A program made the translations under genes and the position numbers. The notes beneath the pieces are model-generated. The model searched no databases and was not told the DNA's origin. It saw only the letters and a program-made list of their open reading frames with translations. A DNA stretch of 63,983 nucleotides, counting the filler, from Stramenopiles sp. TOSAG23-2 (Eukaryota), in assembly GCA_900128395.1 (NCBI GenBank). It is 3 parts of 3 records of this genome, joined end to end, with 100 filler letters (N's around TTAATTAATTAA, not from the genome) between each part and the next. Parts side by side here need not be neighbours in the genome. Positions count along the whole stretch, not along the records: positions 43,502 to 63,983 come from LT649557.1; 2 more parts are not named here. One strand, written 5' to 3'. Positions 49,368-58,476 of the stretch are shown piece after piece. Each line of letters starts with the position of its first letter. The stretch's first letter is position 1.

Positions 49368-50861
49368 ATGGCATCCTTAGTATCTGCTACAAATGGAGAT
49401 TTAAATGAAGAAGAAGCTCTACAAAGAGCACTTCGTGAGTCGAAAACGCTACATATTGCAGAAAAACAAATTCAAAGTGATGCAACCATTGCAAAATTAC
49501 TTTTCACACGATTAAATGGGTATAATACAGTAAATCACTCTATTAAAGAAAGAAACGAAAGAAATACGGCAAAAAAGACTACCACTGTGAAAACCGAAGG
49601 AAAAGGTTATCTTAATGATAAGGAAATTTTAGAAGAGTTGAACTTCATTGCTAACAACTATAGTGATAAAACTACGCAAAACAAGAAAGTTCGTGATTTA
49701 ACTGTGAAAAAAATTTCACCACACCCAGTTGCAAAGGGTGGAAAAAAACACGGCCAATCGCTTGAAAGGGCACACCGCTTTCCAAATGAAATTATCAGAG
49801 ATATCGTTCTTGATAAAAATTTACCAGATAATATACGTGTATTAGCGGCTAGATTAAGCTATGACGTCTCCAATTGTAAACCTAGTGTAAATAATCGAAA
49901 AGGTGCAAAGGATTCACTGAAAAAATATTCAGATACAAATATGGAAAATGCCTTGAAAAAAAATACTGCAAATCCAACGCAATTCAATAACAAAACAGAT
50001 CAATTTGACTTAGCTTTGGATGATATGATGAACCGAGAATATTTTGATGAAAATGGAAAGAGCAAAGGCAAAATTTTCAAAAATGCAAAATTAATTGAAA
50101 CCATTTTTAAGAAATTAAGTGCTAAAAGCGATCAATATGATCAATATGTTGCTGATCAAGATTTACGTACATTACCTAAAACAAAAGGTATAAAAGACGT
50201 TGTATTGAAAGCAAGGGCAAGACAAGAAGGTGGTAAAACTATATACAAAGGAAGCGGTAGGCCAAAAAATACGGATTATAAGCCGGATGGAACACTTCGC
50301 TATAAACAAAATACTAAAAATGACGAAGCAATTGCAAGAGCACTTTCTTCACAAGTGAATAATGGTGCAAAAAGTCCAGGATCAGCAAAGACAGTAAGGG
50401 TCAAGCAACCAACAGTTTACAGCGGAAGTGGAAGGCCAAAAGTCACTGATTATACACTATCGGGAAGGCTTAGGCGAGCAAAGCCAGCAATGGTTCAGAA
50501 AGCAACTGTTTATAGCGGAAGCGGTAGACCAAAAGCCACCGATTATACAGCATCAGGAAATCTTAGACGGGCAAAGCCAGCAATGGTTCAGCAACAAACA
50601 GTTTACAGTGGAAGAGGCAGACCAAGAAATTCTGATTATATGTCATCGGGAATGCTTATGCGGCCAAGTGCACCACAAATATTTCATCAACCAACAATTT
50701 ATAGTGGAAGAGGCAGACCAAGAAATTCTGATTATATGTCATCGGGAATGCTTAACAGAGGCGGTGGTGGATATGGCGGTGGCGGTGGCGGTACAGTTTA
50801 CAGTGGAAGAGGAAGACCAAGAAACTCTGATTACACTGCATCAGGAAGATTGCGACGATAA
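49368..50861 (+). CDS. Basic protein with UIM-like motifs, a possible HNH-like core and six YxGxGRPxxxDYxxxGxL repeats
   Basis: UIM-like LNEEEALQRALRES and NDEAIARALSS; ERAHRFP...SN.....NNRKG...D; repeats from about 50238 to 50858. Confidence 0.75.
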   Translation: MASLVSATNGDLNEEEALQRALRESKTLHIAEKQIQSDATIAKLLFTRLNGYNTVNHSIKERNERNTAKKTTTVKTEGKGYLNDKEILEELNFIANNYSDKTTQNKKVRDLTVKKISPHPVAKGGKKHGQSLERAHRFPNEIIRDIVLDKNLPDNIRVLAARLSYDVSNCKPSVNNRKGAKDSLKKYSDTNMENALKKNTANPTQFNNKTDQFDLALDDMMNREYFDENGKSKGKIFKNAKLIETIFKKLSAKSDQYDQYVADQDLRTLPKTKGIKDVVLKARARQEGGKTIYKGSGRPKNTDYKPDGTLRYKQNTKNDEAIARALSSQVNNGAKSPGSAKTVRVKQPTVYSGSGRPKVTDYTLSGRLRRAKPAMVQKATVYSGSGRPKATDYTASGNLRRAKPAMVQQQTVYSGRGRPRNSDYMSSGMLMRPSAPQIFHQPTIYSGRGRPRNSDYMSSGMLNRGGGGYGGGGGGTVYSGRGRPRNSDYTASGRLRR

Positions 50862-51079
50862 ATAAAAAAAATAATATTATAAAGAAAATAATATATATAT
50901 CATCTCTCTCTTTAAAAAAAATAATTACTTTCGGTAAAATATCTTGAAAATTCGTACACTATTTTAAATTTATACGTAAAATATACACCAATATTCATTC
51001 ATACGAAGTTTTCGTACATGATATTATATTCTATGTGTGTGTATACATTCAAATTACTTCTCACTCAGCACGAATGTCA

Positions 51080-54000
51080 CTACAAAACTTGCATTTCCTC
51101 ATGAAATGCTTCATTATTACCAACAACTTCTTTCAATAATAAACTTAATGATTTCTCATCATATGTTTGATCAGCATTAACAGCACTCTCAATTGCTTTC
51201 ATCAACTCTGCAACAGTATTCACACGACTGTCCATTCGATGTAATATTAATTGGACTTCCAAAGATGTAATATTTTTATTCGTACTCAATGAATTTAAAA
51301 CAACATGCACAAATTTCATCGTACGATACATTTTTACTACTTCCATAACTGCAGTCATTAATTTATTTTGATCAACCAATTGTAAGCTTTTAAAGTTCAT
51401 ATACAGCTTTTTTCTCGACTTTCCGTGAAAACCAGCGGCTAGACCTAATTTTTTTTTCTTTATTAAAAATCGTTGTTCTTGTTGAATTAAAGCAAATAGC
51501 TGATATAAACTTGACGCTCTACTTTGATCTTCATCAAATGCAGTGTAACGTTTCAAATGAAACGTAAAATTTGCTAATGATGCAGCAGAATCATGCCTTT
51601 TAATCTTTGGAAGAATATCTTTCTTTGTATCTGTTGAGACATGTTCAGCATCTTTTTTGTCTACGTCTTTTCTATCCACTTCCTCGTTCATTTTTACTTC
51701 CCCATTCACAGTATCACTAGAAAGTTTTGAATCTAATTGTTCGTCGTCAACAACATGATTGTGATTATGATTATCGTTTTCATTCTCAAAATCAAATTTT
51801 TCATAATCTTTTGATGGATCATAGTATGCACAGCGAAAAAATCCCCCAGTCGTCTCATCATGATCAGACCAAGGACGTAAACAATCCCAACAAAATTCAT
51901 GATTGCATTTACAAGTCATATGTTTACACCCTTCATTTTTCTCCAACCTCTCCTTGCAACCAGGTTTGGGACATAATTTCGTATTTTTCATCAACCACCC
52001 AGCAAGCAAAGCCGCATCATCATTACTTTTTGTCTTCCATCTCTTCAATTGCTCGCAAGACGCTGGTGAATGCACTATATCACCACATAAAAAACAGAAA
52101 TTATGTCCACATGTTAAACATTTCACATCATCTTTTTTTACGTAAATATCCTTTGAAATATGCAAAATACGATCACAACGTTTGTTAGGGCAATAATTAA
52201 TGAAATCTGAATTGTATTTCACGTAGGATGATAATAATTGGTTTTGATACATTTTTACCTCATTTGGTTGTGCTAATATCTCCCATACAGTTTCATCCGG
52301 TATATAATTACAATTAGGAAACTGAGGGCATTTACATGTCACAAGGACGCGCTCACCCTCTGTTCTCGCAGCAGTTTTCAAATGTTCCGTCCAACAATCT
52401 TTACAAAATAAATGATTGCATTCTAAAGAATAAAATACACTTTTCTCTTCTAAACATACATTACAAAGAGTCGGAGTTCTTTTAATGACTTGTTTGCATG
52501 GCGAAGGTATAATAGAATCATTCACCTTTTCTGATTTATTTTTTATATTTGGTGTGGTACTGGTTATGGATAAAAGATCCATCACAACTTGATCCACATC
52601 CCATTTTAAAACATGCAATTTATATGCCACGAAACCATAAGTGATACTGTTGGAGAGTAAAGGATCTATTTTAGAACGTTTCGCTTCACTGCTACTGTTT
52701 GACACAATGTCAAGTATATCTAAAATTTCTTTTTTTCGCACGTCTAATGATTCATTTGGTGTTTTTGGAGTACATGTTTTTACTTCATGTAGGCTCAATT
52801 TGTTCATCATGGTACCTGTGTAAACATCTTCATCATCTTCATTATCTTTCGATTCATCAATATCTGCTACTTTTTCTTCATCATCACGGTTTTTCAAGGA
52901 AGATGGATTCAATTTCACTAAAGGCTCCATATTGGTTTTATTTTCAATATTATTATTATTATCTTCAATGTTTATTTCAATATTATTGTTATTATTATTA
53001 TTATCTTCATAATTGTAATCCTGATCACTATCCTCGTAAATTATCTTTTCCGATAGGACATTACTTGTAATTTTACCACTACTGCTATCATTATCATCGT
53101 TAAATTGAAGAATCCCATACGGACCACATAAATCTACAGTACACTCGCCTGTACTACTAAGTCCATTCCACAAATACCGATGGGCGTGACCTTTAAACAA
53201 TTCTATGGCATTTTCATACCAACTAGAAATCTCATTAATCTCTTCCTTCGTTTTCCCTCTGTACAAATTAGATTTCAAGTAATATTGATCAAACAAGTCA
53301 TATATAGTCTTGCCATCATTGCCACATAAAGCTAAAAATTTTGTGATAGAAATATCTTTCACGACATTTTTTTTAGTACCATTTGCAATGGTTTCTAATC
53401 TTAAATTGCATTGTTCAACTAATGTCTTAAATGTTTTTACATGGCCACAACTTGCAGCATGGTGAAACGCGGTTGATACTTTTGCTGCATCGGTTTGGGT
53501 TCTTAAAATTGCACCCGAGCCGCAGAGCAGTTTTATTAAACTTGCTGCCGTTTCATCACCTTTTGAACAACTAGCAGCACACATTAGTGCACTTTCATCG
53601 TTTAAATTATTCAAATTTGGATCTGCCTCTCTCATAATCAACCAATTTACTACCGCCTCATGCCCACCTTTGCATGCCAACATTAATGCTGTATCCCCAT
53701 TTTTAGCAACGATTGGTTTACGTGCGATACGTACACCTTGTAATGCAAGAAACTGTGCAAATTCTGCTTTTCCATATTTACATGCTATTAAAAATGGCGT
53801 ATAACCAAAATCATCCAATACATCCACCAATGCAGGGCGTATTTCAACCATTGATTGAAGTATTTCAACATCTTTCCCATATTTACAATAGAAATGAAGT
53901 GACGTTCCACCACCACTACTGTTACTGTTGTTACTGTTATTATTGTTATCATTATTTACAGTTAGTGAGGATGGCATTGTGTAATCCTGTGGAACCATGG

Positions 54001-55213
54001 CATTCCCTAATACAAAAATGGCATCTTTCTTCTTAGCTAATCCAGCAATATCAAACGGCGATAGGTTATGGACACCCCTCCTCACATTCGTTCCATTTAC
54101 CTTTACATTAAAATAATCCATCATATGTTGTATTAATTTACCACCGCCGATAAGCATGGATGCATAATGCAATGGTGTATACATTGTTACGTCGTTGTTC
54201 TTTCTTGCAACACTTTCATCTTGTGACGTGTTATCAATACAATCCAACTCAGATATATACCAAAGACTCAAATCAACTTCACCAATGACTACTCTTGCAT
54301 TTCTTGAAGTTTGTTTCCTTTGTTTATAAATAGTTTTAGATGGCAATGAGCACTTCAGTGATAAATTTTTTTTATTCGTTTCATTAAGTTCTAGTGATAA
54401 TGTTGATGAATCAATTCGATCTTTGTAAAATTGCAATGTATGTTCCTGAACAGAACCATATGAACATTTCACATCAACTTCAATTTCGTTCAATATTTCT
54501 TTATTCAAAGTCGAATGATTTTTTGTGCTATCTTTTTTATCAATTTTATCTCCCTTTTGCGATGTTAAGTCCATTGACTTTTCTTCTGATGATGTTATTT
54601 TATTTCTTTGCTGTTTTTTACAAGTTGATGATAGCAATGAAGCGACTTGTTTTCGTCTAATATCACCTAATTGTATAATTGCCATTCCTAACGGTACATC
54701 AGGCCAAAATGTTTTAGGTTTCCATATGGTTACACGTAATGCAGATGATGCAAAATATTTGCTTATTTCAAAAATATAGTATTGTTTCTTCCAGTCCAAT
54801 GTTACTTTTTTCGGTGATATTTTAATACTCCCAGTTGCTTGTTCTACTTTACTAGGGTCACATTTAAATTTTTGTGAATCCATCGCTAATGTTAAATAAT
54901 ATTTACCTTTTGGTGCGGGTTTTAAATATTTTTCAAATAATGTGGATTCTTTTAAATTTATGTACAAAAGCGCACGTTTCTTTGGACGATTATTTTGACG
55001 ACTATTATTACCAAAACGATTGTTAGTTTCATGATTACGACGACGTCGTAAAGGTGATCGCAACCCCCCTCGATGCCTATCTTGATTATTATTATTGATA
55101 TTAATATCAATAAAGTCCGGGTCATTATTATTTAAACATTGCTCTACATGTAAATCAATTTGATGTCGTGTAAATGTTCGTCCACATATTGGACATGGAA
55201 ATCGCTGTGCCAT
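51080..55213 (-). CDS. RBR (Ariadne/ANKIB1-like) E3 ubiquitin ligase with UBZ finger, C2-like domain and ankyrin repeats
   Basis: Start MAQRFPCPICG..HVEQC (UBZ). Ankyrin motifs TPLHYA, GYTPFLIAC and GDTALMLAC. RING1 CNVC..C.H.FC..C, IBR CPNKRC..C..CGH.FC..C..H.P..C and RING2 CPKPGC..EKNEGCKHMTCKC.HEFCW.C. Confidence 0.9.
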   Translation of the reverse strand: MAQRFPCPICGRTFTRHQIDLHVEQCLNNNDPDFIDININNNNQDRHRGGLRSPLRRRRNHETNNRFGNNSRQNNRPKKRALLYINLKESTLFEKYLKPAPKGKYYLTLAMDSQKFKCDPSKVEQATGSIKISPKKVTLDWKKQYYIFEISKYFASSALRVTIWKPKTFWPDVPLGMAIIQLGDIRRKQVASLLSSTCKKQQRNKITSSEEKSMDLTSQKGDKIDKKDSTKNHSTLNKEILNEIEVDVKCSYGSVQEHTLQFYKDRIDSSTLSLELNETNKKNLSLKCSLPSKTIYKQRKQTSRNARVVIGEVDLSLWYISELDCIDNTSQDESVARKNNDVTMYTPLHYASMLIGGGKLIQHMMDYFNVKVNGTNVRRGVHNLSPFDIAGLAKKKDAIFVLGNAMVPQDYTMPSSLTVNNDNNNNSNNSNSSGGGTSLHFYCKYGKDVEILQSMVEIRPALVDVLDDFGYTPFLIACKYGKAEFAQFLALQGVRIARKPIVAKNGDTALMLACKGGHEAVVNWLIMREADPNLNNLNDESALMCAASCSKGDETAASLIKLLCGSGAILRTQTDAAKVSTAFHHAASCGHVKTFKTLVEQCNLRLETIANGTKKNVVKDISITKFLALCGNDGKTIYDLFDQYYLKSNLYRGKTKEEINEISSWYENAIELFKGHAHRYLWNGLSSTGECTVDLCGPYGILQFNDDNDSSSGKITSNVLSEKIIYEDSDQDYNYEDNNNNNNNIEINIEDNNNNIENKTNMEPLVKLNPSSLKNRDDEEKVADIDESKDNEDDEDVYTGTMMNKLSLHEVKTCTPKTPNESLDVRKKEILDILDIVSNSSSEAKRSKIDPLLSNSITYGFVAYKLHVLKWDVDQVVMDLLSITSTTPNIKNKSEKVNDSIIPSPCKQVIKRTPTLCNVCLEEKSVFYSLECNHLFCKDCWTEHLKTAARTEGERVLVTCKCPQFPNCNYIPDETVWEILAQPNEVKMYQNQLLSSYVKYNSDFINYCPNKRCDRILHISKDIYVKKDDVKCLTCGHNFCFLCGDIVHSPASCEQLKRWKTKSNDDAALLAGWLMKNTKLCPKPGCKERLEKNEGCKHMTCKCNHEFCWDCLRPWSDHDETTGGFFRCAYYDPSKDYEKFDFENENDNHNHNHVVDDEQLDSKLSSDTVNGEVKMNEEVDRKDVDKKDAEHVSTDTKKDILPKIKRHDSAASLANFTFHLKRYTAFDEDQSRASSLYQLFALIQQEQRFLIKKKKLGLAAGFHGKSRKKLYMNFKSLQLVDQNKLMTAVMEVVKMYRTMKFVHVVLNSLSTNKNITSLEVQLILHRMDSRVNTVAELMKAIESAVNADQTYDEKSLSLLLKEVVGNNEAFHEEMQVL

Positions 55214-55220
55214 TTGTACC

Positions 55221-55251
<31 letters not shown>

Positions 55252-55917
55252 TTAATATAAAATCGACGAATAATATTCTTATCAATATATATACTGTATA
55301 GACAGATAGATATAGATATATAGATATTCTGTATATATACAGAGAAAATGTTTTGCTTACTTTTTTTAAAAATATATAAAGTATATATAATTGTATACTA
55401 AGATTGCGATTTTTAGAAATTTTTCCTTCGGTGAAGGAGAATTTAATTCGGCTTCGACTAAAAAAAAAATGTTGATGGAGGAGCAGGGGAGCTTTTTTCA
55501 GTGTCATGTAGTGCTATTATTGAAATTATTAGTACACCCTCTAAAAAACTGTAAACTGTTACACTTTTAACACTATTCACTATGGGGAAAATATTCATAT
55601 TTTTTTCTATATTTTCGGATATTTTGCTATTTTTTTCAATTATACAGGAGTACGTTGCATTATAGTAAGAAAAATAAAATTGGCATTTTAGAAAACGATA
55701 TATATTTCCCATAGTGAATAGTGTTATTAATAATTTGTTTGAGAGTATATTTAAACGTTACACTCCAATAAAATAAACCCATATATAAATTATAAGATGT
55801 AATAAATATATATCCAAATGTTATAATATACATGTATGAGGAGGCATGTTGATAAATATCTAGATGTGATCGCATATAAAGAACGATAGAAACATACATA
55901 AGACAAATTTAATTACG

Positions 55918-56205
55918 ATGGAATTTTCACCGTCACCGAAAAAAAAAAATAGCCCAATGGTTGGGGAAATAAAACATGAATTGGGAATGTTTAAAAGCAA
56001 CAATAATGAGGATAATAATAATAATAATAATAATACAAGTGGTGCTTCAGAAAAAGAAGAGAATGTGGATTTATTCGTTTCAGGAATGACATTAGATACA
56101 TACATGTCAAATGTAGTGATGAAAGGACCTATACCTGAAGTATGTGGCATAGGAAATTCGAAAGGGATGGCTTTTACACCACCAAAAAAGCAAAAGCAAC
56201 GTTGA
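55918..56205 (+). CDS. Hypothetical 95-aa protein
   Basis: ATG-initiated ORF with a host-like poly-Asn tract; no recognisable motif. Confidence 0.4.
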   Translation: MEFSPSPKKKNSPMVGEIKHELGMFKSNNNEDNNNNNNNTSGASEKEENVDLFVSGMTLDTYMSNVVMKGPIPEVCGIGNSKGMAFTPPKKQKQR

Positions 56206-56206
56206 A

Positions 56207-56856
56207 TGCATCAATAATTGTAAAATTCAACTAAAAAAATGGTGATGGACAAAAAAAAAATAAAAAATGTTTTGTGTATGTTTAAAAACATTTAGTTTAG
56301 TACATAATATATGTATCAAAGATACTAAATACACATAGAATAATGACACAGTGTAAAAAATAAAAATTTGTATAGACCCCCCAATTACGACATACTTTCT
56401 TCATTGAATTGTGCATCAATAATTGTAAAATTCAACTAAAAAAATGGTGATGGACAAAAAAAAAATAAAAAATGTTTTGTGTATGTTTAAAAACATTTAG
56501 TTTAGTACATAATATATGTATCAAAGATACTAAATACACATAGAATAATGACACAGTGTAAAAAATAAAAATTTGTATAGACCCCCCAATTACGACATAC
56601 TTTCTTCATTGAATTGAAAATATATCAATTTCAATGGTATTTAATGCATCAATAATTGTAAAATTCAACTAAAAAAATGGTGATGGACAAAAAAAAAAAT
56701 ATAAAAAACATTTTGTTTATGTTTAAAAACATTTACGTAGTCAGTTAATAATATCTCTAAAGATACTAAATACACATAGAACAGAGACAAACTATGTCAA
56801 AAATAAAAATTTGTACGAGTGCATAAATCCCCCAATTACGACATACTTTCTTCATT
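56207..56856. repeat. Tandem repeat of a ~205-bp unit, three copies
   Basis: Units start TGCATCAATAATTGTAAAATTC at 56207, 56412 and 56645. Units 1 and 2 are identical; unit 3 is diverged. Confidence 0.9.
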
Positions 56857-57247
56857 CATATGATATACAGACAATATTTAAACTCATAAAAGTCATGTGT
56901 GAAATCCCATTTTTTTGTGCAATGCTATTTACATATTAAAGTGACATTTTATACTTATTAGACTATGAATAGAGTGTCCAAAATCTGAAAAATCCTGATA
57001 AAAAAACGATGAAATTTTGAGGCTGAGTCACGCCTCCCTTCTCCCTCTGTCGTAGCTTTGCAAAAAGAATTCTTTTTGAGCTTTGTTTCCTTTGCCGGTC
57101 GCTTTTTTGTTGTGCTGACTTCTTTCTCACCAGATGCGTATCTAAAATGTTGAATATACATATACATATAGATAGAAAACATGATATTGTATTACCCGTT
57201 CAGATCTTTTACATATTGTTGAAAATAGTAACAGAAACAAGTCAACA

Positions 57248-58108
57248 ATGATGGCAAATTTATCAACATTAATTTTTTTATTTTATGCATTCGTCGCAGG
57301 TAGTTTAACTTTCATCACTGGAAGACGACTTTTGAAAGAATGGAGTTCGCCGGATATGGATGTTATGCATATTGCTTGTCGTATTGGCATTTTATTTCTT
57401 ACAGGAGGAACGTTACTGGATAATTCACGTACTTTTTTTGGCACCCTTGATTTATTTCCTGTGGATAACTTTATGAACGTCACAGTAGCATGGTTTTGCG
57501 TGTTAAACCATCAAGTATTAGCTGCATTTACACTTTTTACACCTTCATATTTTGTACATCATGTTACAACAGGTGAACGTACAAAATATTATATCAAAAT
57601 TGGTACAACCGCGTGCGCTGCACTTCTATTTTTAATTAATGGATATGGCTTTTTATCGAAACAACCAAATCCATTATTAATAAAATCAGAATGCGAGGAA
57701 ATTGATGGACTTTATATGACATTATCACCAAGCAAAAAAGTTCCAAATTCATTGCTATGTGTGTTTGCATATCAATTTGCAATGATTGGATGTGGTATAT
57801 TTTTGATTGTAAAACGTCAAGGTTGCTGCTGCTGCAACTTATCTACATTAAGAAGTTGGGAATTGGCATTTTTTATAGCTAATTTTGCATGTTTACCAGG
57901 ACAAGCGTTGTTAACATCTTTAGGTCCATATTATCGATGTTATGGTAGTAATTTTTGGGAACAAGTAACATTTGCTTCTGCAGTATATGTTGATTATATT
58001 TTCAGTGAGGAAATGAATGGAAAAGATAGTGATATTTCACCTCTTGAAGAATCTTTAGTTGAAGGTAATTATATTCCATTAAATGATGATAAATCTGAAC
58101 GTGTATAA
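57248..58108 (+). CDS. Multi-pass (about 7 TM) membrane protein of unknown function
   Basis: About seven hydrophobic segments with embedded polar residues (DN, H, N..E), a CCCC cluster and an acidic tail. Confidence 0.7.
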   Translation: MMANLSTLIFLFYAFVAGSLTFITGRRLLKEWSSPDMDVMHIACRIGILFLTGGTLLDNSRTFFGTLDLFPVDNFMNVTVAWFCVLNHQVLAAFTLFTPSYFVHHVTTGERTKYYIKIGTTACAALLFLINGYGFLSKQPNPLLIKSECEEIDGLYMTLSPSKKVPNSLLCVFAYQFAMIGCGIFLIVKRQGCCCCNLSTLRSWELAFFIANFACLPGQALLTSLGPYYRCYGSNFWEQVTFASAVYVDYIFSEEMNGKDSDISPLEESLVEGNYIPLNDDKSERV

Positions 58109-58204
58109 GAAAGAAAGGGGGGAAGGAGAGAGGGAGAAAGAGAATTACATCTCTCTCTCGTTTTAATTTTCATATATATTATATTATATATATAATTTAA
58201 CTTC

Positions 58205-58306
58205 CGGGAGTAAAAGAAATTTATATAAATATACGAAGTATGAGTAAGAGAAATAATATATCAGTTATTTTATTCTTTTGAAGAGTAGGAATTATCATGA
58301 GTAAAT
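58205..58306. repeat. Composite dispersed gene-3'-end element
   Basis: 58205-58253 is the reverse complement of the 21384-type motif; 58261-58306 is the reverse complement of 5088-5135. Confidence 0.7.
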
Positions 58307-58476
58307 AATTAAAATAAATTAATGCGTAAATTAAATCATTACGAATATATTATTGAATAATTTTACTTTTATAAGCGGTTAACAGCAAACAAAACAAATA
58401 AAATTGACCAAATATTTAAAAATCACGCCGCTTGTTTTTTTATTATTTCGTACATCACACCCCTCGACATCTCACC

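Noticed and set aside
55214-55507. N-terminal extensions given by the ORF track (also 2664-2783, 11760-11870, 19243-19311)
   Set aside because: They translate AT/TA-repeat 5' non-coding sequence, mostly from alternative start codons; downstream ATGs fit the domain starts better.
56207-56856. CRISPR array
   Set aside because: The units are ~205 bp with no unique spacers, there are no cas genes and the context is eukaryotic; this is a plain tandem repeat.
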